A DNA stretch of 64,000 nucleotides, taken from contig JAZBLX010000002.1 of the NCBI GenBank assembly GCA_037033465.1, forward strand, positions 109,299 to 173,298, read 5' to 3'. Position 1 is the first letter of the stretch, and each line of letters opens with the position of its first letter. The notes below the pieces were generated by a model. It was not told where the DNA came from, ran no database searches, and worked only from the letters and a program-made list of their open reading frames with translations. The DNA is from Bacteroidota bacterium (GTDB taxonomy: Bacteria > Bacteroidota > Bacteroidia > Sphingobacteriales > Sphingobacteriaceae). The position numbers and the translations under genes are program-made. Of this stretch, positions 10,357 to 20,916 are shown piece after piece.

Positions 10357-10510
10357 TGAGTAGTGAGTGGTAAGTCTTACGTAATAAGTTTTAAGTAATA
10401 TGTATTGACTTTATACATTTTTATTTTCTATTTCCTGTTTTCTATTCCCTGCTTTCCATCCCCTGCTTTCCATTCCCTATTTTCTACTTCCTATTCCCTA
10501 TTCTGTTTCT
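10357..10510 (-). repeat. Heptamer-phased degenerate tandem repeat, 22 consecutive 7-nt units
   Basis: Plus strand reads TGAGTAG TGAGTGG TAAGTCT TACGTAA TAAGTTT TAAGTAA TATGTAT TGACTTT ATACATT TTTATTT TCTATTT CCTGTTT TCTATTC CCTGCTT TCCATCC CCTGCTT TCCATTC CCTATTT TCTACTT CCTATTC CCTATTC TGTTTCT. On the sense (minus) strand it starts at the stop codon of the 90-aa gene as GGAATAGG-type purine words. Confidence 0.8.
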
Positions 10511-10782
10511 CAAAAAACTTTATAAGCGAAGAAAATAAGTGCACAAAGAAAAGTAGCGGCTAAAATACCCCTTCCAATATTTTCTTTATTGAATTTAAAG
10601 AAATACTGCATAATGTAAGCATTCACGGCAATTCCACCGATATATAATAAATCTGCCTTTGCCAGTGATGCAACATGATGAATAATAAACCAGGCGATAG
10701 CACATAGCGTAGCCGGGGATAATAAACCGATCCACAGACCAATCCACACGGAATTATTTAGCTTCCTTAAGCGATCCTGCAT
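10510..10782 (-). CDS. Small integral membrane protein (about 3 TM), function unknown
   Basis: 90 aa and hydrophobic (WIGLWIGLLSPATLCAIAWFII..., ILAATFLCALIFFAY). Tightly packed, 5 nt after surE. Confidence 0.6.
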   Translation of the reverse strand: MQDRLRKLNNSVWIGLWIGLLSPATLCAIAWFIIHHVASLAKADLLYIGGIAVNAYIMQYFFKFNKENIGRGILAATFLCALIFFAYKVF

Positions 10783-10787
10783 TTTTT

Positions 10788-11630
10788 TTATCCTAAATTG
10801 ATTCCGTCTGGCGCAGAAACCTTATTCGCTTTATCTGCCTTTCCTATACCATTGGCATCAAAATTCCAGCTGCTTAAGGTTTGAATAGCATGATGCGCAG
10901 TTAAATCAAACTGTACCGGAACAATAGAAACATAACCATGTTCAAGCGCCCAAACATCAGTATCTTCTCCGTGATCGAAGTTTTCAAAAACGCCTGTTAA
11001 CCAATAATACGGACGGTTATAGGGATCTGTCCGCTCATCGAACTCTTCCATCCATTTGGCATTAGCCTGACGACAGATTTTAATTCCTTTTAAATTTCCA
11101 CCTTTAGGAAAATTAACATTTAACAAGGTTCCTGTTGGTAAGCCATTGGCCAGCACCTCTTCGCAGATGTTTTTAATGTATTTTTTGGTATGGCTAAAAT
11201 CAGCATCAGCTGCAAAATCATCCATCGAAAACCCGATAGATGGCATTTTTTCAATTGCGCCTTCCACCGCAGCAGACATGGTGCCGGAATAAAGCACATT
11301 GATTGAATTATTTAATCCATGGTTAATACCAGAAACACATAAATCTGGCTTTTTACCTTTAAAAATTTTATTCACAGCAATTTTCACACAATCTACTGGT
11401 GTACCACTGCACTTGTACATTTCCACGCCCTCATACAGTACAACCTTATCAAAACGGATAGGCTTACCTATGGTAATGGCATGGCCCATCCCGCTTTGCG
11501 GACTATCCGGAGCCACTACTACTACATTGCCGATTTCCTGCATTACCTCCATCAGGTTTTTAATACCAGTGGCTGTAATTCCATCATCATTGACTACTAA
11601 AATATTAGGTTTAGAACTTTGCTTTGTCAT
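10788..11630 (-). CDS. surE: 5'/3'-nucleotidase SurE
   Basis: ILVVNDDGI...GINHG..N....YSGT motifs. I take the start at the internal ATG (MTKQSSKPNILVVNDDG) rather than the track start at 11660. Confidence 0.9.
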   Translation of the reverse strand: MTKQSSKPNILVVNDDGITATGIKNLMEVMQEIGNVVVVAPDSPQSGMGHAITIGKPIRFDKVVLYEGVEMYKCSGTPVDCVKIAVNKIFKGKKPDLCVSGINHGLNNSINVLYSGTMSAAVEGAIEKMPSIGFSMDDFAADADFSHTKKYIKNICEEVLANGLPTGTLLNVNFPKGGNLKGIKICRQANAKWMEEFDERTDPYNRPYYWLTGVFENFDHGEDTDVWALEHGYVSIVPVQFDLTAHHAIQTLSSWNFDANGIGKADKANKVSAPDGINLG

Positions 11631-11838
11631 ATGTACAAAAATACGGATTATTAAATTCAAGGCACAATATACCCTGGTTTAATATCTTATTTTCATTAAA
11701 TCTGCCTCTTTTATTTCCGTTTTGTAAAAAGCATTTCATTCGATAACAGAAAGCATATATATTTGGGTAGAAATGAGGCTGATATCTCAGCATTACGCTT
11801 GTGGAAATGCACTTCATTTATAAACCAAAAACAAATCA

Positions 11839-14772
11839 ATGAAAATCAAACTATTTACTTTAGCTTGTTTTCTAATTGCGGGTACAGTTGCACAGGCACA
11901 AAATACCTATCAATGGAAAACAGGATCCTCTGGTGGCTATAGCTACAAATTCGTAACAAACGACCCTACAAAAACCCGTTTTTATACGCTAAAAAATGGC
12001 TTAACAGTTATTTTATCTCAAAATAACAAAGAGCCAAATATTGTATATAAAATGGCGGTAAGGGCAGGAAGTAATACCGACCCACGAACCAATACGGGTT
12101 TAGCACATTATTTAGAGCATTTGTTGTTTAAGGGAACGGATAAATTCGGAACATTAAACTATGCAAAAGAAAAGCCACTACTAGATAAAATTGAAGCACT
12201 TTACGAAACGTATATTAAAACAACCGACCCCCTAAAACGGAAGGAAATTTATGCTGAGATTGATAAAACTTCAGGGGAAGCCTCAAATTATTCTATTGCA
12301 AATGAGTACGATAAAATGATGAAATCAATCGGTAGCAGTTCAACAAATGCACATACTTCTGTTGAAGAAACCGTTTATGAAGAAGATCTTCCATCAAATG
12401 CCATTGATAAATTCTTATCGGTTCAGGCAGAACGTTTCCGCTCACCGGTGTTCCGGATTTTCCATACCGAACTGGAAGCCGTGTACGAAGAAAAAAACAT
12501 TGGTATGGATAACGATGGCCGCAAAATGTATGAGAAAATGCTTAATGCATTATTCCCTACACACAATTATGGTCAGCAAACTACAATCGGTACAATAGAA
12601 CACCTTAAAAACCCTTCTCTGGTAGAAATCAGGAAATATTACAACAAATATTATGTACCAAACAATATGGCTTTGATTATGTCTGGCGATATTAATTACG
12701 ACGACCTTATTAAAAAAGTGGACAAGGATTTTTCATACATGGTTTCCAAACCATTAGCGCTGTATAATCCAGCGGCAGAAAAACCACTTACTCAGGTACA
12801 AAAGGTTGATATTTATGGTCCGAGTGCAGAAAATTTATATGTAGCCTACCGTGGTTTTGCACAAAATTCCCGTCAAAGCTTATTATTGGATTTAATTGGA
12901 AGCATTTTATCTAACGGCAAAGCAGGTTTGATGGATATTAACATCAACAAGCAACAAAAAATGTTACGTGCAAATGCAGGTTACAACCAGATGAAAGATT
13001 ACGGAATTTTCATTCTATCTGGTTCGCCTAAAGCCGGACAAAGCTTAGAAGAAGCGCAAAAATTATTATTAGAACAGGTTGATTTACTTAAAAAAGGTGA
13101 GTTTGATGAAAGCCTGATTAAAGCAACTGTAGCGAATATTAAATTAGGAGAATTACAGGGTTTCGACAACAATGATGTACGTGCAGATTATACCATGACG
13201 GCTTTTATTCAAAACCGCGGAAATGAATGGGATAAAATGCTCTCCTCAACCGATGCCATGGGTAAGGTAACGAAAAAAGAAATTGTAGATTTTGCCAACA
13301 AATTCTTCATTAATAATTATGTTTCTGTTTTCAAACATAAAGGTGAAGATAAAAGCATCCTAAAAGTTGAAAAACCAATTATTACGGCCGTTAAAACCAA
13401 CACCAACGAAGTTTCTCCATTTACAAGAACTGTTATTGCTGCACCGGTAAAACCGATTGCACCTAAGTTCCTAGATTATACCAAAGATCTTAATTTTGGC
13501 AAGGCTGGCATCGCCGATGTAATCTCCGTTCAAAATAATGAGAATGGAATTTTCCGCATGAGCTACCGTTTTGAAATGGGTTCTTACAATTACAAACTTT
13601 TACCTTACGCCGCTCAATATCTTGCTTTTTTAAGTACTGATAAATATTCTGCGGAAGATGTCAGCAAAGCTTTTTATAACATCGCTTGCAGCTATAGCGT
13701 AAATGTAGGAAACGATGTAACCACAATAGCTGTTTCAGGATTACAGGAAAACTTTGATAAAGCGCTGGCTCTGGTAGAAGACGTATTGGCCAACTGTAAG
13801 CCTAATGAAAAGGCGCTGGAAGATTTGAAAGGCAGGATTTTAAAATCGAGAGAAAATGCGAAATTAAATAAGTCATCTATTTTAGGTGGTTTGATGAGTT
13901 ATGCCCAATATGGCACAGATAACCCATTCAATTATGGCTTAACGAACGATGAGATCAAAAACATGAAATCATCTGATTTAATTTACCTGTTGCATAACTT
14001 AACCAATTACCAACACACCATCACCTATTATGGCCCTAAAAACATAACAGCTTTATCTGATGATATTGTTAAAGTTCATCGTTTAGCCAGCGAGTTTACT
14101 CCGATAGCACCGATGAAGAAATTTGTCTACACTAAAACAGATTCAAACAAGGTGTATTTCGCGGATTATGATATGGTGCAGGCTGAAATTCGTTGGGTAA
14201 GAAACGGCGGGTTATATGATCCTGCAAACTCAGCAAAAATCGGCTTATTTAATAATTATTTTGGTGGTGGCATGGGCTCTATTGTTTTCCAAACCATCCG
14301 CGAATCTAAAGCATTGGCTTATTCTACTTTCGCGGTATACTCTAGTCCGAATACCAAAGAAAAAGAAAATACGGTGGTAGCTTATGTGGGTACGCAAGCT
14401 GATAAAATGAATGATGCAGTTGCGGGAATGAATGAGTTGCTAAATACTTTGCCAGAATCCGACAAGTCTTTCGCCCTTTCAAAAACCAATTCCTTAAATG
14501 GTTTAGAAACATCACGCATCACAAAAGATGGTATTATTGCAAGTTACCTTGCCGACAAAAAATTAGGTTATGATCATGACTCCAGAATTGATGAATATGC
14601 TAACCTTAAACCATTAACTTTTGCTGATATCAATACTTTTCACCACGATAATTTATCTACCAAGCCATACAGCTATTGTGTTGTTGCTTCAGAGAAAAAA
14701 ATTAACATGGCAGATTTGGCAAAATTTGGCCCGGTTACTAAGTTAACTTTAGAGCAGATTTTCGGATACTAA
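11839..14772 (+). CDS. M16-family (insulinase/pitrilysin-like) zinc peptidase, secreted, double-length
   Basis: 977 aa with a signal peptide and the inverted zinc motif HYLEHLLF (HxxEH). Confidence 0.85.
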   Translation: MKIKLFTLACFLIAGTVAQAQNTYQWKTGSSGGYSYKFVTNDPTKTRFYTLKNGLTVILSQNNKEPNIVYKMAVRAGSNTDPRTNTGLAHYLEHLLFKGTDKFGTLNYAKEKPLLDKIEALYETYIKTTDPLKRKEIYAEIDKTSGEASNYSIANEYDKMMKSIGSSSTNAHTSVEETVYEEDLPSNAIDKFLSVQAERFRSPVFRIFHTELEAVYEEKNIGMDNDGRKMYEKMLNALFPTHNYGQQTTIGTIEHLKNPSLVEIRKYYNKYYVPNNMALIMSGDINYDDLIKKVDKDFSYMVSKPLALYNPAAEKPLTQVQKVDIYGPSAENLYVAYRGFAQNSRQSLLLDLIGSILSNGKAGLMDININKQQKMLRANAGYNQMKDYGIFILSGSPKAGQSLEEAQKLLLEQVDLLKKGEFDESLIKATVANIKLGELQGFDNNDVRADYTMTAFIQNRGNEWDKMLSSTDAMGKVTKKEIVDFANKFFINNYVSVFKHKGEDKSILKVEKPIITAVKTNTNEVSPFTRTVIAAPVKPIAPKFLDYTKDLNFGKAGIADVISVQNNENGIFRMSYRFEMGSYNYKLLPYAAQYLAFLSTDKYSAEDVSKAFYNIACSYSVNVGNDVTTIAVSGLQENFDKALALVEDVLANCKPNEKALEDLKGRILKSRENAKLNKSSILGGLMSYAQYGTDNPFNYGLTNDEIKNMKSSDLIYLLHNLTNYQHTITYYGPKNITALSDDIVKVHRLASEFTPIAPMKKFVYTKTDSNKVYFADYDMVQAEIRWVRNGGLYDPANSAKIGLFNNYFGGGMGSIVFQTIRESKALAYSTFAVYSSPNTKEKENTVVAYVGTQADKMNDAVAGMNELLNTLPESDKSFALSKTNSLNGLETSRITKDGIIASYLADKKLGYDHDSRIDEYANLKPLTFADINTFHHDNLSTKPYSYCVVASEKKINMADLAKFGPVTKLTLEQIFGY

Positions 14773-14778
14773 AAGAAG

Positions 14779-14862
14779 GAAAGATGAAAGCTCGAAGCTA
14801 AAAGACTAAAGCTGAAAGCGAGGTTTAGCGCAAGTGGAAGACGATAAACGCGAGACGAAAAA
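14779..14862 (+). repeat. Heptamer-phased purine-rich repeat starting just after the stop codon
   Basis: GAAAGAT GAAAGCT CGAAGCT AAAAGAC TAAAGCT GAAAGCG AGGTTTA GCGCAAG TGGAAGA CGATAAA CGCGAGA CGAAAAA. The xGAAG/AAAG word recurs at exact 7-nt spacing six times. Confidence 0.75.
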
Positions 14863-14865
14863 TAA

Positions 14866-14899
14866 AAAGCGATTTCTGGAAACAGGAATCGCTTTTTTT
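14866..14899. terminator. Bidirectional intrinsic terminator between convergent genes
   Basis: AAAGCGATT(T)C pairs with GAATCGCTTT. It is flanked by an A-run and a T-run. Confidence 0.8.
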
Positions 14900-14910
14900 G
14901 TGGTGCTAGT

Positions 14911-15960
14911 TTAAACCGGTTTCAGCAGACTCAAAATTTCCTGAATCGAAAATCTGGCTCCGCAAACAAATTCGTCAGCGGCACCGTAATAAATGGTTAA
15001 CTCATCGCCATCAACAACATGGCCGTTGGTAAATACAACCTCACCAAAAAAACCATTTATTTCATAATCAGTAGTTGGCCGCATAATTGGCGCATCGGTT
15101 TGTGCAATAACTTTCGATGGATCATCCAAATCCATAAGAAATGCCCCCAGGCAATATTGACGCTTGTGATTAGCGCCGTGGTAAATCGATAACCAGCCTC
15201 GATCGGTTTTAATTGGTGCTGCACCGGCACCAACACGTTTACAATCCCATTTATCTTCCCGGGTCTTGATGATACATTTATGGTTTCCCCAGTGAATGCC
15301 GTCCGGAGATTCAGCCAACCAGATATAATTGCCACCTAAACCTACACTGCTCGGCCGGTGCAACGCATAAAATTTTCCATTAATTTTTTCTTCAAAAATG
15401 GCGCAGTCCTTATTATGTGGAGAGATGATCATGCCGTGCTTTTCGAAAGTTTTCCAGTCTTTTGTGGTGCGTAGACCTACCCCAACCCCATGTGCGGAAA
15501 CAGCGGTGTAAGTTAAATAGTAAGTATCTTCTATTTGTGCAACCCGACAATCCTCTATCCCGAAAGCTTCATTTTCACCTTCGCCCTGCAACAATGGAAA
15601 TCCATCCGGTTGATGGAAATGGATTCCATCGTCACTACAAACCAGCCTTAAATGCGAAAGCGTGGTGAGGTAATCTGCCCCCTTAAAAGTGATTATTCGG
15701 GGATCACCGGCCTTTAAATCCGGATCATTTTCATTAATAGCGATAATCTCAATTCCACTATCATTTAAAACTGGAAAAGATATCAGCCCCTTTATTTGAC
15801 TCGGTCGTTCTGCCACCCGGATCAACATCCAAACTTTACCTTCAAACCTGAATACGCCAGGATTTAACAAACAGGCAATTTCTAAACCTGAATGACTTGG
15901 AACTAAATCTTTTGGCGATAAAATTGGATTTTCAGAAAATCTCTTAGCCTGTTCTTCCAT
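14911..15960 (-). CDS. GH130-family glycosidase / beta-mannoside phosphorylase-like protein
   Basis: 349 aa with no signal peptide. Five-bladed beta-propeller signatures: GIEDCRV..IEDTYYLTYTAVS, YALHRP, IYYGAAD. Confidence 0.8.
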   Translation of the reverse strand: MEEQAKRFSENPILSPKDLVPSHSGLEIACLLNPGVFRFEGKVWMLIRVAERPSQIKGLISFPVLNDSGIEIIAINENDPDLKAGDPRIITFKGADYLTTLSHLRLVCSDDGIHFHQPDGFPLLQGEGENEAFGIEDCRVAQIEDTYYLTYTAVSAHGVGVGLRTTKDWKTFEKHGMIISPHNKDCAIFEEKINGKFYALHRPSSVGLGGNYIWLAESPDGIHWGNHKCIIKTREDKWDCKRVGAGAAPIKTDRGWLSIYHGANHKRQYCLGAFLMDLDDPSKVIAQTDAPIMRPTTDYEINGFFGEVVFTNGHVVDGDELTIYYGAADEFVCGARFSIQEILSLLKPV

Positions 15961-16374
15961 AAAATTATTTCAAACTGTATCATTAATAACAAAACTGGAT
16001 GCAAAAGTTTAGTTGCATTTTTAAAATTTTAAAGAAATTAAATGTAAGCGATCTTAGCCAGATTCCATTTTAATATGCTTAATAGAAATTCTTGATCACA
16101 AAATTGAATAGAAAATGAATTTTCCTGCTTTCTTTTTATGAAATTTTCTTTCTTTTTATTTCCAGATATCCCCCTGATCTCAAACCAGTAATGTTATTAC
16201 GCAATTCCTTTCATAAAAAAACTACTTAAAACAACTCCTAGCTTAAAATAATAGATATTAAATGTTAAATAATACAGAGTTTTTACTCTTTATATGTTTA
16301 TATGTTTTTTTTGAGTAAATTAAACTGTCATTCTTGAACAAGGACTGATTATCATCAACTAAACTAAACAATTA

Positions 16375-19300
16375 ATGAAAAAACTACTACTTAGTATGGT
16401 TTTAACTTTCGGATTAATTTCATTTGCTTTCGCACAAAGCAAAGTAGTTAGCGGCAAAGTTACTTCTGGCACTTCTGGTCCAATTCCGGGTGTGAGCGTG
16501 TTTGTAAAAGGATCACCAGGTACCATCACGCAAAGTGATGCAGCAGGTAATTACAAATTAAACGTTCCGAATGATGCAAAAACACTCGTTTTTAGTTTCA
16601 TCGGTTACACCACTTTAGAAATCCCTATCACTGGCACCTCCATTAATGCCAATCTTAAAGAAGAAAACACTACCCTCTCGGATGTGGTAGTGGTGGGTTA
16701 TGGTACGCAGAACAAGCGAGACGTTACGGGGTCAGTCGCTTCGGTGAAATCAAAAGACTTAGAGAACCTCCCGGTAACCAGTTTTGAACAAGCCCTGCAA
16801 GGTAAAGCAGCTGGTGTCCAAATTTCAGCTCAAAACGGTAAACTTGGCCAGGGAATCACCGTTCGGGTACGTGGGGCAGCTTCAGTAACTGCTGGCAGCG
16901 AGCCACTGTACATTGTAGACGGAATTCCCATTACATCTGGAGATTTTTCCAGCACTACGGCTCCAACAAGTGCTTTAGCGGATTTAAATACTAATGACAT
17001 TGAATCTATTGAAGTTTTAAAAGACGCATCTGCATCTGCTATTTATGGAGCAAGAGCATCCAATGGAGTTGTTTTAATCACTACAAAACAGGGTAAAGCC
17101 GGCAAAACACTTATTCAGTTCAATGCCCTTGGAGGAATCAGCACTCCTTCGAATCACAGAGATTTTTTAAATGCAGAACAATATGTTCAACTTATCAGAA
17201 GAGCGGGAGTTGGTCGTGCACAGGATGATTTTGATAACACAACGGATTATGCAACGCTGCAAGAAGCACTTGATGATTATAGCTCAATAGTGGAGGGCAG
17301 ACTTAATCGTTATTCGGCAGGTAATAATGATTATCAAACCTATAAAGTAAATACTAATTGGGAACGAGAATCATTTCAGAATAATCCGGTAACCCAACAA
17401 TATGATTTGAACCTGACCGGAGGCAATGAAAAAACCAAGTTCTATATGGGCGGACAAGCTTTAGATCAAAAAGGCATCATCGTAGGAAATAGTTATAAAC
17501 GTTATAGTGGCAGATTAAACTTAACGAACAAAGTGACCGATTTCCTGGAAGTTGGGATTAACTTAAACTTTTCAAATAGTATCAACAATCGATTATCAAA
17601 TGATAATGCCTTTTCAAGTCCGCTACAATCGGTAGCCTTATCACCTATTACCCCCTTTATCGATCCAAGATCAGGTTTAATTAGTGGAACCCTGCCAGGA
17701 TCGGCCTCTAATTATCCGGTGTATTACAACCCATTTATCGGAATTGACAATTCATTTTATAAAGCAACAGTTTATCGTACCATTGGAAAAGCTTTTTCGA
17801 ACGTAAACATTGCAAAAGGTTTAAAATTCAGTACAGACTTCTCTATTGATAACTTAAACCAAAACGAAGAGAGCTATTATGGTTCCTTGACTTTTAGAAA
17901 TACAGGAACATCAAACGGAGACGGAGAGAATATCTCTACTTTTGTAATTAATGCAAACACCAATAATTTCTTTAGCTACAATACAACAATAGGTAAGAGT
18001 AGTTTTGATGCTATTTTAGGAACGAGTTACCAAAAATCTACTACAAAATATAGCACTATAGAAGGTCAGGATTTTCCAAGTGATGCCTATATAAAATTAG
18101 GTTCAGCTGCGACAAAGGTTATTGCAACAAGTAATGAAAGCGCTTTTAGTTTCCTTTCTTATTTTTTTAGAGCCAATTACAAATACAACGACCGCTATTT
18201 GGTTGGTTTTAGTGTAAGAGCAGATGGCTCATCCCGCTTTGGAGAAAATCATAGATATGGATATTTCCCTGCCGGATCTTTGGCTTGGATTGCTTCTGAA
18301 GAGGATTTCCTTAAACAGAGTGAAACCATCAGTTTATTAAAATTAAGAGCCAGTTACGGTTTAACCGGTAACGCGGAAATTGGGAATTACGCTGCCAGAG
18401 GATTATTTAGTGGAACAGGTGCTTATGGCGGTTCAGCGGGGCAGATTCCATCAAGAATTGCAAACCCGGATTTAACCTGGGAGAAGACCAAACAGCTTGA
18501 TTTAGGCTTGGACTTTGGTATACTGAAAAACAGAATTACTGGTACTTTCGATTTCTATCAAAAAAACACTACTGACTTACTGTTAAATGTTCCGATACCC
18601 CAAACAACCGGTTTTGCCACTATCACCCAGAACTTAGGCAAGTTAAAGAATACCGGATATGAATTGGGAATAAATTCAGAAAACTTTGTAGGCGAATTCA
18701 AATGGTCTACTGCAATAACAGCAGCAATTAATAATAATAAAATCACTGATCTTGGAGGGCAGGTGTTAAACACCAATGAAATCAATGCGGCAATTGCTGG
18801 GCAACCCATTGGTGTTTTCTATTTACCTGAATATGCAGGTGTAGACGCTGCAAATGGAGATGCGCTTTACTATAAAAACATCACACTTGCTGATGGAAAT
18901 GTTGACAGAACTACGACAAAAAATATTAACGAAGCGCAAAGAATATTTGCTGGCAACCCGAACCCGAAATATACCTTCGGAATAAACAATACCTTTTCTT
19001 ATAAAAACTTTGATTTAGGCGTGTTTTTCCAAGGCGTTTCTGGAAACAAAATTTATAACGCCGGTGGTCAGTACATGAGTGCAAATGGCTCCAACGGTTA
19101 TGATAACCAAACGGTTGACCAGATGGAATACTGGGATAAGCCCGGAGATATTACGATGGTACCAGAACCTCGTTTAGGTCTTGGAAATGGCGTTGGTAAC
19201 TCCACAAGATATATATCAGATGGAAATTACATTCGCTTAAAAACTTTAACACTTGGTTACACTTTCCCGACGGCAATTTTAACCAAAATCAAATTAAGTA

Positions 19301-19470
19301 AATTGAGGCTATATGCTACAGCTCAAAACCTTGCAACTATCACAGGTTACAAAGGCTGGGATCCGGAAGTAAATGCTGATTATCAATCTTCAAACATCAA
19401 TCAGGGTGTAGATTTTTATTCTGCACCTCAGCCACGTGTAATTTCATTAGGTATTAACATTGGCTTATAA
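16375..19470 (+). CDS. SusC/RagA-family TonB-dependent outer-membrane transporter
   Basis: 1031 aa. VSGKVTS..GPIPGVSV carboxypeptidase-regulatory-like domain, VVVVGYGTQ plug, terminal barrel. Confidence 0.92.
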   Translation: MKKLLLSMVLTFGLISFAFAQSKVVSGKVTSGTSGPIPGVSVFVKGSPGTITQSDAAGNYKLNVPNDAKTLVFSFIGYTTLEIPITGTSINANLKEENTTLSDVVVVGYGTQNKRDVTGSVASVKSKDLENLPVTSFEQALQGKAAGVQISAQNGKLGQGITVRVRGAASVTAGSEPLYIVDGIPITSGDFSSTTAPTSALADLNTNDIESIEVLKDASASAIYGARASNGVVLITTKQGKAGKTLIQFNALGGISTPSNHRDFLNAEQYVQLIRRAGVGRAQDDFDNTTDYATLQEALDDYSSIVEGRLNRYSAGNNDYQTYKVNTNWERESFQNNPVTQQYDLNLTGGNEKTKFYMGGQALDQKGIIVGNSYKRYSGRLNLTNKVTDFLEVGINLNFSNSINNRLSNDNAFSSPLQSVALSPITPFIDPRSGLISGTLPGSASNYPVYYNPFIGIDNSFYKATVYRTIGKAFSNVNIAKGLKFSTDFSIDNLNQNEESYYGSLTFRNTGTSNGDGENISTFVINANTNNFFSYNTTIGKSSFDAILGTSYQKSTTKYSTIEGQDFPSDAYIKLGSAATKVIATSNESAFSFLSYFFRANYKYNDRYLVGFSVRADGSSRFGENHRYGYFPAGSLAWIASEEDFLKQSETISLLKLRASYGLTGNAEIGNYAARGLFSGTGAYGGSAGQIPSRIANPDLTWEKTKQLDLGLDFGILKNRITGTFDFYQKNTTDLLLNVPIPQTTGFATITQNLGKLKNTGYELGINSENFVGEFKWSTAITAAINNNKITDLGGQVLNTNEINAAIAGQPIGVFYLPEYAGVDAANGDALYYKNITLADGNVDRTTTKNINEAQRIFAGNPNPKYTFGINNTFSYKNFDLGVFFQGVSGNKIYNAGGQYMSANGSNGYDNQTVDQMEYWDKPGDITMVPEPRLGLGNGVGNSTRYISDGNYIRLKTLTLGYTFPTAILTKIKLSKLRLYATAQNLATITGYKGWDPEVNADYQSSNINQGVDFYSAPQPRVISLGINIGL

Positions 19471-19486
19471 TTTTAAAAGAAGAGAC

Positions 19487-20848
19487 ATGAAAAAAACATA
19501 TATATACAATTTGCTATTGGCATCAATGTTACTTTCAGTGGCATCATGTAAAAAAGCACTTGATATTTCTCCCGTAGATACAATAGAACAAAGCCAGGCC
19601 CTCCTTACCTCTAAAGATGTTGAAGTAGCGTTAGTAGGTACCTATTCTGCATTGGGAAGCAGAAATCTTTATGGAGGAAGACCATTCTTAATGGCTGATT
19701 TTTTAGCCAATACAGATGCTATACAATGGTTTGGAACCTATGAAGAGCTTACTCAGACAGTAAATAAATCCATCCTAAAGACCAATACTTTTGTTAATAA
19801 CATATGGGCTGATGGTTATACAGCTATTAACGATGCCAATAATGTTATTTCAGCGATTAGTAAAGTTGATGCCGCTAAACGGAATAGAGTGGAGGGCGAG
19901 GCTAAATTTATCAGAGGTTCAGTTTACTTTGATCTGGTAAGGTTATTTGCCAAAGCATATAATGATGGTTCGCCAACTGTTAATTTAGGTGTACCCATTG
20001 TACTTACTCCAACCACTGCTGTAACTGGTGATAGCTATGTAAACAGGGCTACAGTGGCTGCGGTTTATACTCAGGCAATAGCTGATTTAACAGAAGCAGA
20101 AACTAAGTTACCCGCTACAAATGGATTTTACGCTACAAAATCTGCAGCAGCAGGCATGTTAGCCCGACTGTATTTACAAATGGGAAATTACGCTGCTGCA
20201 GGTGCCGCAGCTAATCGCGTAATTACATCAGGGAACTATACTTTAACTCCTTCTTTCATGGGGGCTTTTCCTGTTATGGGCTCAGCTGTTGGATCGAATA
20301 CCACTGAAGACGTATTTTCCATTCAGGTTAGAACGCTAACAGGATTTAATGGTTACAATGAATTCTATGGATCATCCACATATGGTGGTCGCGGAGATGC
20401 TGTTATTTCCCAAACCTGGATAAACCAAACTTACAATCCAGCGGATGACCGAATCAACGCATTTTATGATGACGGAGATATGTTCAGCTCGAAATTTGCC
20501 AACCAATATGGAAATGTTTCCATTATTAGATTAGCTGAAATGTATTTAATCAGGGCAGAATGCAATGCACGTTTAGCACCGGCAGCACCAATTGGTGGAC
20601 AAACACCTCTACAAGATTTAGCAGTGGTGAGAAGCAGAGCAGGATTAACAACAACAACAGCTACGCTAGCCGATATTTTAGCAGAAAGAAAACTTGAACT
20701 GGCTTTTGAAGGCTTTGCTTTACATGATGCAAAGAGAACTCAAACCAATATTGGATCTATTCCATGGAATGCAAATAACCTCGTTTTTCCAATTCCTCAA
20801 ATTGAAATTGATGCTAACAAAAATTTAGTGCAAAACCCAGGCTACTAA
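19487..20848 (+). CDS. SusD/RagB-family nutrient-binding lipoprotein
   Basis: Start taken at MKKTYIYNLLLASMLLSVASC (lipobox), 17 nt after the susC stop. C-terminal ERKLELAFEG....D..R and NPGY. Confidence 0.9.
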   Translation: MKKTYIYNLLLASMLLSVASCKKALDISPVDTIEQSQALLTSKDVEVALVGTYSALGSRNLYGGRPFLMADFLANTDAIQWFGTYEELTQTVNKSILKTNTFVNNIWADGYTAINDANNVISAISKVDAAKRNRVEGEAKFIRGSVYFDLVRLFAKAYNDGSPTVNLGVPIVLTPTTAVTGDSYVNRATVAAVYTQAIADLTEAETKLPATNGFYATKSAAAGMLARLYLQMGNYAAAGAAANRVITSGNYTLTPSFMGAFPVMGSAVGSNTTEDVFSIQVRTLTGFNGYNEFYGSSTYGGRGDAVISQTWINQTYNPADDRINAFYDDGDMFSSKFANQYGNVSIIRLAEMYLIRAECNARLAPAAPIGGQTPLQDLAVVRSRAGLTTTTATLADILAERKLELAFEGFALHDAKRTQTNIGSIPWNANNLVFPIPQIEIDANKNLVQNPGY

Positions 20849-20865
20849 TCACAAGCCTCTTTAAA

Positions 20866-20898
20866 CAAAAAATGCTCCCGAAATCAGGAGCATTTTTT
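20866..20898. terminator. Bidirectional intrinsic terminator (susD-like / acs convergent)
   Basis: AATGCTCC (20871-78) pairs with GGAGCATT (20887-94). A-run before, T-run after. Confidence 0.85.
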
Positions 20899-20916
20899 GT
20901 TTAATTGCTATTTAAA

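Noticed and set aside
11611-11817. 68-aa minus-strand ORF in the surE / M16 divergent promoter region, plus similar short ORFs at 8672-9022 and 20897-21190
   Set aside because: They are located in promoter/leader DNA or antisense to real genes, with no motifs and atypical composition.
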